Shown: in pieces, positions 1-12,424 of the stretch | Layout of the letters: the number at the start of each line of letters is the position of its first letter | Numbering within the stretch: position 1 is the stretch's first letter | NCBI GenBank assembly: GCA_030390025.1 | Contig: CM059432.1 | Location: 12,214,001 to 12,278,000 of the forward strand | Source of the DNA: Squalus acanthias | Lineage: Eukaryota | DNA length: 64,000 nt | Reading direction: 5' to 3' | The notes under the pieces: generated by a model | The model's input: the letters and a program-made list of their open reading frames with translations, nothing else | The model's database searches: none | What the model was told of the DNA's origin: nothing | Made by a program: the position numbers and the translations under genes

Positions 1-9
1 GTGCCGTCT

Positions 10-1190
10 CCCTTATCACCAAATCAACACCTCGGTCTTTCCCCCTACTCCTCTACTATCTTCTCCGCCTTCGAGCACCAAACCTTGTTTCATCCCTCTC
101 ACTTATCCTTTCAAATCCTTGTTTACCAGCATCCCAAAGCTCTACTAAGAGTTTCTCAGTGAGATATCCATCCTCCTTTGCATTGAGCAACCAATTTCAA
201 TTTCCATCTCTCCTTTACTCTCTGTCCTCTGAATTCTTTGTGCTCCTGCCTCTCCCTCCATATAAATTCTCCTATAACCCATATTCATGGCCACCCTTTT
301 GAACTTGCTATTTCCCATGGCCTCGCTACTCCTGTGGACTCAATCGCAGACATCTGTGATCGGCTCTGATCACTTCCTTGTATCCCTCACCACACACATC
401 CCCTACACTCTTCCAATCCCACTTCCTTCTGCGTCCACTCTTTTGTGTGGAGGGGGCGGGGGGGGTGGGGGGAACCCTTCCTCCAAGGCACTTACAACTG
501 GAGTTTCAAACTTGCAACTGCCTATCCTTTGACCCTCCATTAGCCACGACACTTCTGCACCCATCGATTTGCTCATCATGCTCCTCATCTACACCTTTGA
601 CGCTGTTGTGCCCAGCAATATACACTCTCCCATTCCGGTCGTTCTTGATGGTTTGGCCCCAATCTTTGCTCTCTCAAGTCCAAGGGGTGAAGACTTCAGC
701 ATATTTGGCGTACAACTGGTTTAGCCATCTAATCACCAGATTTGGCTGGACCAGATGAAGCTCTATCTAGCCTCACTCTCATCTGCCGAAACCTTGCACT
801 ATTTAAGGATCATCCTGGAAAGCAAAGATAACCTCCCCCCTCCCCCCCCCCCGGCTTCTTTTCTCCTCTACCAGTTGTCTCCTTAAACCCCTCTCCTCTG
901 GCGACTGCATCCTCACCTCGTGCAAAGGACACATGGACTTCTTTGTCACTGAGACCATCAGTTCAGCTGCCTCTGCTGCTTCCTCTTGCTGACCAAGTTC
1001 CCCTTGCCTACCAAGCCAATCACCACCGCCCCCAGACTCCCCCTGCCCAGCGTCGTCTTCTAGTTTCTCTCCTATGATCTTCTCTGATCACACTTAGTCC
1101 ATGAGACTCACCTCCTGCTCCTTCCAACCATTCCACTAAACTGCTGACCACTCATCTTCCCTTCCTGGCCCCCCCAGGCTAGCTGATATA
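10..1190 (+). mobile_element. old L2-type LINE ORF2 fragment (endonuclease C-terminus/linker)
   Basis: Degenerate SDHFLV and IPTKLLTTHLPFLAP-like remnants; continues at ~3385-3570 after nested insertions. Confidence 0.6.
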
Positions 1191-1540
1191 GAAACATAGA
1201 AACATAGAAGATAGGAGCAGGAGTAGGCCATTCAGCCCCTCGAGCCTGCTCTGCCATTCAATGAGATCATGGCTGATCATCCAAATTCAGTACCCTGTCC
1301 CTGCCTTCTCCCCATATCCCTTGATGCCTTTAGCTTTAAGAAATATATCTAACTCCTTCTTGAATATATTTAATGAATTAGCCACTACTGCCTTCTGTGG
1401 TAGAGAATTCCACAGGTTCACCACTCTCTGGGTGAAGAAATTCCTCCTCATCTCAGTCCTAAATGGCTTACCCCTTATCCTTAGACTGTGACCCCTGGTT
1501 CTGGACTCCCCCGCCATCAGGAACATCCTTCCTGCATCTG
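1190..1540 (-). mobile_element. CR1 (HER1-like) LINE 3' end with (TTCTATGT)n-type tail
   Basis: [37 protein letters not shown]; tail repeats. Confidence 0.9.
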
Positions 1541-1789
1541 CAAAATACTGCGGATGCTGGAAATCCGAAATAACAACAGAAAACGCTGGAAAAACTCAGC
1601 AGGCCAGGCAACATCCGTGGAGAGAGAACATAAGAACATAAGAACTAGGAGCAGGAGTAGGCCAATCGGCCCCTCGAGCCTGCTCCGCCATTCAATAAGA
1701 TCATGGCTGATCTGATCCTAACCGCCAATCTACTATCTATCACAGAACCATCTCCTGCATCTAACAGAATTGCACACATGAAATAGGAG

Positions 1790-2800
1790 CAGAATCAGGC
1801 TACACGGTCCCTGGGCCCGCTCCTACTACCCACAGGGCCATGACCGATCCGAACCTAGACTCATGTCCAAATTCCTGCCCGCTCCCCGTAACCCTTAATG
1901 CCCTTTACTTCTAGGAAACTGTCTATTTCTGTTTTAAATTTATTTAATGATGTAGCTTCTACAGCTTTTTGTGGCAGCATATTCCATGGACCTACCATCC
2001 TCTGAGTGAAGTAGTTCCTCCTCATCTCAGTTTTGAAAGAGCAGCCCCTTATTCTAAGACTATGTCCCCTAGTTCTAGTCTCACCCGTCATCGGGAACAT
2101 CCTCCCCGCATCCACCCGATCCAACCCCTTCACAATCTTATATGTTTCAATAAGATCGCCTCTCATTCTTCTGAACTCCAATGAGTAGAGTCCCAATCTA
2201 CCCAACCTCTCCTCATATGACCACCCCCTCATCCCCGGGATTAACCGAGTGAACCTTTTTTGCACTGCCTCGAGAGCAAGGATGTCTTTCCTTAAGCAAG
2301 GACACCAAAACTGTATGCAGTATTCCAGGTGCGGTCTCACCAATACCTTGTACAACTGAAGCAATACCTCCCTATTTTTATATTCTATCCCACTAGCAAT
2401 GAAAGCCAACATTCCATTTGCCTTCTTAATCACTTGCTGCACCTGCATACTAACCTTTTGAGTTTCGTGCACCAGGACCCCCAGATCCCTTTGCACTTCA
2501 GTACTCTCCAGTTTCTTGCCATTAAGATAATAAATTGCTCTAGGATTTTTCCTGCCAAAGTGCATCACCTCACACTTTCCAGTGTTGTATTCCATCTGCC
2601 AAATCTCTGCCCACTTACTTAGCCTGTCTATGTCCCCTTGCAGGTTTTTTATGTCCTCCTCACTCACTACTTTCCCTCCCATCTTTGTATCATCTGCAAA
2701 TTTTGATATGTTACACTTGGTCCCTTCCTCCAAATCGTTAATATAGATTGTAAAGAGTTGGGGACCCAGCACCGACCCCTGTGGAACACCACTAGTTACT
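1790..2800 (-). mobile_element. 5'-truncated CR1 LINE (RT C-terminal half)
   Basis: 303-aa ORF with GVPQGSVLGP upstream, FADD, RPHLEYC, TRGH. Confidence 0.95.
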
Positions 2801-3205
2801 GAGAAAGAGAGTTAACGTTTCAGGTCGAAACCCTTCGTCGGAACTGAAAGAGCAGGAAATAAACAGATAAAAATGCAAGGGGGAGGCTGGGGGGAGGAAT
2901 AAAAGAACAAAAGGGATGGTCTTTAGTAGGTAGAGACATTGAGAGATGCTCAAGGCAAGACGAGATGGTAATGGGACAGGTTGAGAAACAAAAGGTAAGG
3001 TGTGAAATGCTGGCAGAATCAGAGACAGCTGCCGTGGGGGGAGAGAGAGAGAAAAAAAAGGAAAAAGGCACGGACCAAAAGAGTGGATAAAATGTATACA
3101 TATGTGGTAGGGGCCGGGGTTATGATCTGAAATTGTTGAACTCGATATTGAGTCCGGAAGGCTGTAAAGTGCCTAAACGGAAGATGAGGTGCTGTTCCTG
3201 GAGCT
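2801..3205 (-). mobile_element. Penelope-like element 3' end (GIY-YIG tail plus pseudo-LTR with mutated hammerhead)
   Basis: Reverse strand reads EQHLIFRLGTLQPSGLNIEFNNFR; hammerhead-like CCGACGA...GAAACGTT at 2810-2845. Confidence 0.8.
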
Positions 3206-3384
3206 TACGCTGCGCTCCTTCCTGCATCTAGTCTGTCTAGTCCTGTTAGAATTTTATAAGTTTCAATGAGATCTCCTCTCATTCTTCGAAACTCCAGCGA
3301 ATATAAGCCCAGTCGACCCAATCTCTCCTCGTACGTCATTCCTGCCATCCCACGTATCAGCCTGGTGAATCTTCGCTCCATGGC

Positions 3385-3570
3385 ATATTGTAAATGGTTC
3401 TCTTTCAAACCTGCCATCATCACCCACCTCCTCAAAGAAACCCACTGTTGACCCCTCTGTCCTTGCAAACTACTCCCCCATCTCCAACCTCCTTTTCCTC
3501 TCTGATGTCCTTGGACGTGTTTTCACCTCACAAATCCGTGCCCACCTTTTCCGCGACTCCATGTTTAAAA
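3385..3570 (+). mobile_element. L2-type LINE RT N-terminal fragment (continuation of 10-1190)
   Basis: FKPAIITHLLK..DPSVLANY.PISNL-like motif. Confidence 0.6.
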
Positions 3571-3781
3571 GACGTTTGGCTGGTGATCCGAGTTTTTGTT
3601 CATGAGGGAGCTGGGTCATGCAAGAAGTAAGACACTCGTGAGTTTGGTGGGGTAAAGGAAAACTCAGCAGCTAACCAGATGCCAAATAGTATTCTATTAT
3701 TAATACGCACATAAAGTGGTGTAAAATTAAATTGGAAAAGACAAATCTTGGAAAACGTTCATGCAACACTTTTGTCAACAG

Positions 3782-3856
3782 CTGGATCCAAACCATTCCA
3801 ATGAGAATTGTAAAGAAAAGGAGATATTTCCAGCATCTGCCCCTATTTTACTCCAG
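3782..3856 (+). CDS. MPPE1: MPPE1 (PGAP5, metallophosphoesterase 1) internal coding exon, LDPNHSNENCKEKEIFPASAPILLQ
   Basis: AG/GT-bounded 75-nt phase-0 exon ending in SAPILLQ; joins in frame to HFPLYR of the next exon, matching the MPPE1 motif P(V/I)LLQH(Y/F)PLYR. Confidence 0.85.
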
Positions 3857-4630
3857 GTAGGACTCTGGTTTAATTTTTTTTCTAAGGTAGAGGGTGCCAT
3901 TTGGCAATTGAACCTTGATGACCTAGCTGGTCTTGGATGATTAGGTGTACAAATGGGTTGTTTTGGCTTCAACAAATTCATTGTGTACTCCTGTTGTGAG
4001 GAGACATTTCCATTGCTGTGCTGCATCACTCTTTAGGAACAGCCTGAGGGCAACCTGTATGAAAACAGCTTATTAAGTGACAACCAACACAGTTTGAGAA
4101 GGGGCGGATCCTGCCTGACCAAACGTCCTTGATCTGTATTTTCTTTTGAGGAAGTGACATCCCTCACTTCACAGATTTCCCGAAAGGCAGTGGGTAACCC
4201 AAGTAAAACTCGCTGTAAGGGCCACTGCTGTTAGCAACCTTCAGAATTGATCTGAATTCAGAAATATAAGTTGGTCAAGTTTGCAGATACTAAACTGAAG
4301 GAGCCTAGAGTCTGACAAAGCAGCTAAGGAGTTAGAAAAGGACCTGGACAATTCCTGCAAGTGGGCATGAACTATGGCAGATGAAATTCACTGCAGATAA
4401 GAATACGGTCTGATACATTGAAAGGACAAATGCAGGTCATAGTTTATGAATGGTGTTGAACCAGGGAGAATCTGAAAGCGATTTGGGGATGATAGCAGAC
4501 TCATTAGAATTGTGAAATATTACAGCACAGAAACAGGCCATTCGGCCCAGCAAGTCTACACAGTTTTTCTCCATGTGAGCCGTCTAGTCTAATCCCAAAC
4601 TTTCAGAGAATTCGATGGCACTGTAGGTTT

Positions 4631-5367
4631 TCCTCTCTGTCCCCACCCCAGGTTGATGGGGTGAAGGACTCCTCTCTGTCCCTGCCCAATATGATGGGGT
4701 GAAGGACTCCTCTCTGTCCCTGCCCAATATGATGGGGTGAAGGACTCCTCTCTGTCCCTGCCCAGGATGATGGGGTGAAGGACTCCTCTCTGCCATTGCC
4801 CAGGATGATGGGGTGAAGGACTCCTCTCTGTCCCTGCCCAGGATGATGGGGTGAAGGACTCCTCTCTGTCATTGCCCAGGATGATGGGGTGAAGGACTCC
4901 TCTCTGTCCCCCCCCCAGGATGAGGGGGTGATGGACTCCTCTCTGTCCCCCCCAGGATGAGGGGGTGATGGACTCCTCTCTGTTCCCGACCCAGGATGAT
5001 GGGGTGAAGGACTCCTCTCTGTCCCCCCCCAGGATGATGGGGTGAAGGACTCCTCTCTGCCATTGGCCAGGATGATGGGGTGAAGGACTCCTCTCTGTCA
5101 TTGGCCAGGATGATGGGGTGAAGGACTCCTCTCTGTCATTGGCCAGGATGATGGGGTGAAGGACTCCTCTCTGTTCCCGACCCAGGATGATGGGGTGAAG
5201 GACTCCTCTCTGTCTGCCCCCCAGGATGAGTGGGTGAAGGACTCCTCTCTGTCCCCCCCCAGGATGAGTGGGTGAAGGACTCCTCTCTGCCATTGGCCAG
5301 GATGATGGGGTGAAGGACTCCTCTCTGCCATTGCCCAGGATGAGTGGGTGAAGGTCTCCTCTCTGCC
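4631..5367. repeat. minisatellite, ~38-40-bp unit (ATGATGGGGTGAAGGACTCCTCTCTGTCCCTGCCCAGG), ~19 copies
   Basis: Direct tandem repetition seen in sequence. Confidence 0.97.
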
Positions 5368-6557
5368 AGCTGCTTAGGTCTTACATGAAATGAATTTGGA
5401 ACAGTGATTACAGACCAACAACACAATATGGCAATTTGAGTCTGAGCGAGTATAAGCATGGTAGTTATTGATGTGGTAAATGAAAGTATCGCGGTACAAT
5501 TAACGGACTCTTCAGAGGTTCATGCTGGGATATTTAAGGTGTTTGGCAGAAGAACCAAAGGCGAGATGAGGAAAAACCTTTTTACGCAGCGAGTGGTTCG
5601 GATCTGGAATGCACTGCCTGAAAGGGTGGGTGGAGGCAGATTCCATTGTGGCTTTCAAAAGGGAGTTGGATAAGTACCTGAAGGAAAAGAATTTGCAGGG
5701 CTACAGGGAAAGGGCGGGGGAGTGGGACTGGCTGAAGTGCTCTTGCAGAGAGCCGGCACGGGCCGAATGTCCTCCTTCTGTGCTGTAACCATTCTATGAT
5801 TCTATATATTGTTGGGCAGACGAGAGGCCCCTTGCTTCTGCAACAGGTCATGTTGTAACCAGCTGGAAATGCTTAATGCTGACACTGGTTTTCAAAAGTA
5901 GGACAGTTCATTCCCTCGTATCGATATCCCTCTTAAAAGTTACAAAAAATATATATTTAAACCGAACATTACGTTACAGGCCTGCAGTGTAATCCATCTG
6001 CATCTTACAAAAGAATCAACCACTGACATAAAACTTAGCCACCAGACCGCGGATCAGCACCAGTACAGGTTTTCAGTATCAGCAGTCCATGGCGCACTTT
6101 TGAACCTTCTCATGAGTGTGCTGGCAGAAGAAGGTCCCAAACGGACACCTAGGCCACCAGGGGTACATCCAGGTGCCAGCCATAGTCGGGGGGGAGGCAA
6201 GAAATTGAGGGGGAGGCCCACCGCTTCAGTAGGCCTCGGCAGCCCCAGCAGCAGGATGGAAGGAGGCCGATTTGTGAAGTACGCTAGGATTTGCCTTTAG
6301 GGATCCAGGCCGACAAGTCCCAGGTGAGCCCCACTTGCTCCACTTCAACGGCCAGGACACCTCCTTTCGCCCAGCATACCCGCTGCTACTCTATTGCTAG
6401 GCCTGGGCCAAGGAAACTCCAGGCCTGGGATTCCCTTTCCCCAGCCCATGCCCCGTCTCATGTAGGGACCGTTCCACCCCAAACAAAGCCCTGGGGAAAC
6501 ATGGGTGTAAAAGTCAGGACCCAGGCAATGTCCCCTCTGATTTTCTTTTTCCCCTGT

Positions 6558-6727
6558 GCGCGGTATCGCTTCCAGCGGCAGCGGCTGGTGAGCGGCCTGC
6601 GCGGTATCGCTTCCAGCGGCAGCGGCTGGTGAGCGGCCTGCGCGGTATCGCTTGCAGCGGCAGCGGCTGGTGAGCGGCCCGCGCGGTATCGCTTGCAGCG
6701 GCAGCGGCTGGTGAGCGGCTTGCGCGG
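6558..6727. repeat. GC-rich tandem repeat, 41-bp unit, ~4 copies
   Basis: GCGCGGTATCGCTTCCAGCGGCAGCGGCTGGTGAGCGGCCT repeated with period 41. Confidence 0.95.
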
Positions 6728-6914
6728 GCCCTCACAGTTGACCTTCGGGGGAACATTGGACTCAGGGTATCCTGGCAGTGGCCTAACTCCCTCCGATCTC
6801 CCACCTGACTGTGAAACAAAAGCAAAACACTGCGGATGCTGGAAATCTGAAACAAAAACAGAAAATGCTGGAAACGCTCAGCAGGTCAGGCAGCATCTGT
6901 GGAGAGAGAAACAG

Positions 6915-6951
6915 AGCTAACGTTTCAGGTCGATGACCCTTCGTCAGAACT
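6915..6951 (-). ncRNA. minimal type I hammerhead ribozyme motif (family A)
   Basis: Reverse strand AGTT-CTGACGA-A-GGGTC(ATC)GACCT-GAAA-CG-TT-AGCT. Confidence 0.7.
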
Positions 6952-7057
6952 GGAAAAGATTAGAGATATAACAGGTTTTAAGCAAGTACAGAGGCAGGGA
7001 AAGTGGGGAGGGAGGAAAGAACAAAAGAGGATGTCTGTGATAGGGTGGAAGGCAGGA

Positions 7058-7645
7058 AGCACTGGAGAGGTACCACCAACGCTGCCTCCGCAAGATCCTG
7101 CAAATCCATTGGCAGGATAGGCGCACCAACGTCAGTGTTCTCGCTCAGGCCAACATCCCCAGCATCGAAGCTTTGACCACGCTCGATCAGCTCCGATAGA
7201 CGGGTCACATCGTCCACATGCCCGATACGAGACTCCCAAAACAAGCTCTCTTCTGAGGGCTCCGACACGGTAAGAGAGCACCAGGTGGGCAGAGGAAACG
7301 CTTCAAGGACACCCTCAAAGCCTCCTTGAAAAAGTGCAACATCCCCACCGACACCTGGGAATCCCTGGCCCAAGACCGCACAAAGTGGAAGGGAAGCATC
7401 CGGGAAGGCGCCGAACACCTCTTGTCTCTTCGCCGGGAGCGAGCGGGAAGCCAAGCGCAAGGAGCGCACGTCAACCCAAGCACCCCACCCACCTCAGCCC
7501 CTTCAACCACCGTCTGCCCCACCTGTGACAGAGACTGTAGGTCCCGCATTGGACTCATCAGTCACCTGAGAACTCATTTTTAATGTGGAAGCAAGTCGTC
7601 CTCGGTTCCGAGGGACTGCCTAAGAAGAAGAAGAAGACAAGAAGA
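7058..7645 (+). mobile_element. 5'-truncated RTE-clade LINE with (AAG)n tail and 12-bp TSD
   Basis: GGQRKRFKDTLKASLKKC...CPTCDRDCRSRIGLISHLRTH; TSD TGGAAGGCAGGA at 7046-7057 and 7646-7657. Confidence 0.92.
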
Positions 7646-9235
7646 TGGAAGGCAGGAGAGATTCAATGACAAAAGGGATGACGGTGCAAGGCCAAAGGGA
7701 GTGGTAATGGGACAGGTAAAGAAACAAAAGGTGGGTGCAGAGGAGGTGTGAACGGTTGCAGCAGACCAGAGGGGGAGAGAAGCCGGGAAAATCTGGCAAA
7801 ACAGAAAAGGCTCCCATGACCTTGGAATGTGGCGGGAAAAAAGGCAGACAGATATCGAAACTGTGTTTACTGCCGTGCAGTAGACCAAATAGTGAAAATA
7901 GGAGCCCAGAGTCTTGAGCAATGTTTCAATAATCCCAGCTTGTACGTGGCTGGTGAAGCTGCTACACCCCCTGTGATTTGTTTCTGATTTGAGTTTCTAC
8001 ACTCACCATCTCGCCGTCGTGTGATTGAAGTGTTTAAACATTCTATCCGGTGTTTGCTGGTAAATACTTGGGGCACAGATAATGCGGCGCGAGATTCTTT
8101 TCTCACTGCTGAAATATGAGCCTGTCGTGTGCTTTTTAACATGGAACGTTTAATGAGTTCCTGTGAAATTACTTTGTCCTCGATTTAGCAGAGGAATGAC
8201 CTCATTTATTTTAATTTCCACGCTGTGCTACTTTAAACCCAACTGGCAGTGCTAGAAATTGATGCGAGATTTCTCATTGAAGTGAAAATGCACGCGAGCG
8301 ATCAATATTTCGCGTTTTATTCGCGTTTTACGGTTCATTCTTTTGAACGCAAAAAGCTTATTTAATCAAATCTTATTAAAAATAGCTGATTGCTGAGTCA
8401 TGTCAACACATGTGGTGGTGATGCTGTACCACCTCATGTTCAGATTGTCTTTAATATGTCGACAGGTGACGGCAATATGAATCATGCGAAAGGCAATTTG
8501 GCAAATTGTTTTGGTTCAGGTTTTATGGATTCCCATTAATCGGATGTTAGGCTCTGGAATTACCTTCCCTAAACCTCTCCACCTCTCCACCTCTCTCTCT
8601 CCTCCTTCAAGACTCTCCTTAAAACCTACCTCTTTGACCAACCTGTACTTGCATCTCCTTATGTGGCTCGGTGTCAAATTTTTGTTTGATAACGCTCCTG
8701 TGAAGCACACTCGGAGCAACTTCCTGCTCTTACATTCAGTAAGCAAAACAAAAATAAAAAATATATATGCTTAATTGTATAACTAATTTTTATACCAAAA
8801 AAAAATACCCATTGCGTTACAGGGGGTGTCACCGAATTTTATTTTAGAACACGGGAGGGGGGTCCTCGGCAGCAAGAGGCTCAAGGATCAATAGAAATCG
8901 ATCCTCGGGCCACACCTGCACGCTCGGGGCGAGCTGCCGACACTGGTCGCGCCTCCACGGGCAGCTTGCCCCGAGCGCAGACGTCAATGCCAGCACCTGC
9001 CCTCAGGCAAGTCCCAGGACGGGGCCTTGGAGCGGCCTACGGGTGGGGCGGGCGATCCCGACTTCTGTCTCCATGGGAAGCTGTTTTTGATTTTTCCCCC
9101 CCCCTCAAAACTTCCCTTTGGTTGGCAGCAGCAGGGACTGCGTTGTGCGGTGGTTGTGTTGGTTGTGTTGGGGCGGTGATATGGGTAGGATTTAAAAAAA
9201 AAAATTTGTGAAGCATTTTCAAATGCAGTAACATA

Positions 9236-9905
9236 GGGCTGGATTTTGATACTGGGGCGGGTTGGGGTCGTGTTATCCACCCGACTTCAATTGGATGTGG
9301 GAGATTGATGCGATTTTCACCTAATTGGGCAATTGAGTTCCAGCATGTGGGAACCCATGAACCAATTAGTGTTTTCAGTCTGAAAGTCGCCTCTGATGAT
9401 GTCATCATTGCTGCTGCATTGAAGGGCTGCAAAGACTGCCTGGCCTTTGCTGTGAGAGGACCTGGAGGCAAAATGAGCAGCAGCAGCCCTAAGTCTGCTC
9501 CCAGATATTTTTGCACCAGCACTCCCAGATATGTCTCCCATCCACCACCACTCCCAGATATGTCTCCCATCCACCACCACTCCCAGATATGCCAGCCAGC
9601 CAAATGTGCTCCCGCCAGGTTTCACATTCGTGGTTCAGACCAGGCGTGCTTCATGTAGAAAAAAGGTTAAAATCACAAAGGCCTTTCAAAATGGCATTAT
9701 AGAGCCAATTTAGTGCTTGTTAAGGGCCTTAACAGCCTATCCCGCCTCTTAGAGGCGGGACGGAGTCGGGACCAGCAGACACGATTTAATGAAAATTGCG
9801 TGGAGGCGGGATGGAGGCGGGCTTGTGCCCGCCCGCCAGTTTTCGCAATTTTAACCCCCCACACGCCTCCAAACCCACCTCCACGGGTCAATGAAAATCC
9901 AGCCC
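9236..9905. mobile_element. non-autonomous DNA transposon (PIF/Harbinger-like MITE)
   Basis: Perfect 12-bp TIR GGGCTGGATTTT/AAAATCCAGCCC; 3-bp TSD ATA; no credible ORF. Confidence 0.72.
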
Positions 9906-10679
9906 ATAGTTTTTGTAAAGAGCTGAGCCCTGTTTGAGATTAAATAAAGCCACAAATGAGGTTTATAAACCAACTGCCAATCTATATTAGTTTAGGTTTG
10001 GAAAAAAAAGCAACTCATGATTTATGTATCAAAACTCATGATTTTTAAGCGTTTGTCTCCTGATTTATGAGACGGTGGGGTTGACAGGACTGCATGAGGG
10101 GAAAAAACCTACGCAGCCAGTTGTTGTGATCTGGAATGCGCTGCCTGAAAGGGCGGTGGAGGCAGATTCAACAGGAACTTTCAAAAGAGAATTGGATAAA
10201 AACCTGAAGGGGAGAAATTTGCAGGGCTTGTGGGGAACGAGCCGGGGAGTGGGTCTAATTGGAGAGCTCTTTCACAGGTAGGATTGGCCGAATGGCCTCT
10301 TTCTGTGCTGTATTAGTCTATGATTACATAGAATGTCCAGCACAGAAACAGGCCATTCGGCCCAACTAGTCTGTGCTGGTCTTTATACTCCGCGCGAGTC
10401 TCCTCCCATTCCATCTACCTCATCTCAGTCTTTTAGAAAATCTTTCTGTTCCCTTTTCTCTCATGTGCTCGTCTAGTTTCCATTGGAAAGCATCCAAGCC
10501 ATTTGCCTCAACCACTCCCTGTGGTAGCGAGTTCCACAATTTAATCACTCTCTCTTGAGTAAAGACATTTTTCCTTATCTCCCTCTAAGATTGATTAGTA
10601 ACTCTGGTATCAGTGCAGTTTGTTGTGGTTGTTGTTGTTGTTGTACTAATGGTTTCCCTGTTTGTATCGACTCTTCCAG

Positions 10680-10802
10680 CATTTTCCCCTTTATCGTACC
10701 AGCGATGAGGAGTGTACGGGCGAAGACTCTGCCCCTCCTGAGGATAAGAAGCTGCTATTCCGGGAGAAGTACGACACGTTGTCACTCGAAGCTTCCAAAA
10801 AA
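10680..10802 (+). CDS. MPPE1: MPPE1 internal coding exon, HFPLYRTSDEECTGEDSAPPEDKKLLFREKYDTLSLEASKK
   Basis: ttccag|CAT...AAA|gtaag, 123 nt, phase 0; peptide recognisably similar to vertebrate MPPE1. Confidence 0.93.
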
Positions 10803-10962
10803 GTAAGAAATGCAACGACTGACTCGTCAGAGCTGTAGACAAGTCTGTTTGGTCACGCCACTGTTTACATGGGACGAGCGGCGTGCTTCTCCCCACTGAA
10901 CGCTCCTTCAGCTGGACAAGCTGGAAGTGAAGCTGTGTCTTACAGTTAGTGCTACATTAGTG

Positions 10963-11470
10963 TGTCAGCCGGGGCTCAGTGGGCAGCACTCCCACCTCTG
11001 GAGTCAGAAGGTTGTGGGTTCAAGTCCCACTCCAGAGGCTTCAGCACATAAACAAAGCTGACACGCCCGTAAAAAATAAAGTTAAAAAATCATTCACTTG
11101 CTCGTCAATGTTACAAGGCAGTAAGACCTGAATGTGAATTGAGGGAGTGCTGCACTGTCGGAGGTGCCGTCTTTCGGATGAGACGTTAAACCGAGGGCCC
11201 CGTCTGCTCTCTCAGGTGGACGTAAACGATCCCTTGGCACTATTTCGAAGAAGAGCAGGGGAGTTCCTGGCCAATATTTATCCTTCAATCAACATCACTG
11301 AAAACAGATTATCTGGTCATTATCACATTGCTGTTTGTGGGAGCTTGCTGTGTGCAAATTGGCTGCTGTGTTTCCTACATTACAACAGTGACTACACTTC
11401 AAAAAGTACTTCATTGGCTGTAAAGCGCTTTGGGACGTTGTGCAAGGTGCTATGTAAATGCAAGTTCTTT
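10963..11470 (+). mobile_element. tRNA-derived DeuSINE (SacSINE1-like)
   Basis: A box GGCTCAGTGG, B box GGTTCAAGTCC, Deu-domain-like core; multiple copies in the window. Confidence 0.85.
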
Positions 11471-12424
11471 CTTTATGGGTTTTGCCTGTGGTTTTTTTTA
11501 CTGTAAGGAGGAACCTCCATTATCTGCTGTGATGGAGCAAATCTTCCCAACGCCCCCATCCACCCCTCCCCGACCCTAGTAGTTAATAGAAATTGGTGTA
11601 TAATCTAGTTTCCCTAAATTCTGGTCTTGCACATATTGCACATATGGTATCGAGTTCCCTACTAGGCTAGTCGCTGAAGATGAGAACAATCCAAATAACA
11701 AAACCAACATATTTCACCAAGAAAATGTGATGAAATACAATCAGAAAACAAGTCTACAGTTAGCTGCCGCCCTCGGGCAAGGCCTGTGAAAATTCTTGCA
11801 GATTATCAGGATGGTAAATACTTGGAGCACCGATAATGCAGAGCATTCTTGTCTCACTGCTTTTTAGCGATTTTATTTTTGTCAATACAGCTCGGTAAAA
11901 TCCTGTGTCTCTCCTCACTCAAACCGACCACCAGCGTGTGTGAAAGCCGGGTTTTGATATCCTGACAAATCCATGCCGAGGAGCCAAGACAAATCCTTAA
12001 TTCCTTCCCTTAACTCCTTACTGAGGAAGTGTTTTACCTCCCAGTGTAGGTCTGCAAGTGTGAGTGACGCCTGACTCGGTTCCCCGAACTTTCTTACATT
12101 TAACCCAGTTCCAATCAAAATGAATTTTATTTACCTAACCCTCAATCAGGTTCCGCTCAACCGGCTGGGTAGGTCAACTCACTCATGGAGAAAGAAGCCA
12201 TTCCACAAGTTACGCATTAAACACTGTTTATTGCTTACAAACCACAACTTAAAGTTAATGTTGGGCACGCAAACGCTTTAAAAAAAAATATTCATTCACG
12301 GGATGTGGGCGTCGCTGGCAAGGCCAGCATTCATTGCCCATCCCTAGTTGCCCCTTGAGAAGGTGGTGGTGAGCTGCCTTCTTGAACCGCTGCAGTCCGT
12401 GTGTTGAAGGTACTCCCACAGTGC

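Larger units (their letters stand above)
6812..7800 (-). mobile_element. Penelope-like 3' UTR/pseudo-LTR interrupted by an RTE insertion
   Basis: Similar to 2801-3205, 16795-17285 and 63460-63860; hammerhead motif at 6915-6951. Confidence 0.75.

Noticed and set aside
4631..5367. CRISPR-like array (constant repeat plus variable segment) and the 234-aa ORF across it
   Set aside because: Variable parts are ~10 nt and recur rather than being unique spacers; there are no cas genes and the context is a vertebrate intron; the ORFs are by-products of the repeat
10963..11040. tRNA genes at SINE heads (also 13381, 18033, 22642, 28482, 53550, 63862)
   Set aside because: A/B boxes run straight into SINE bodies; these are tRNA-derived SINE promoters, not tRNA genes
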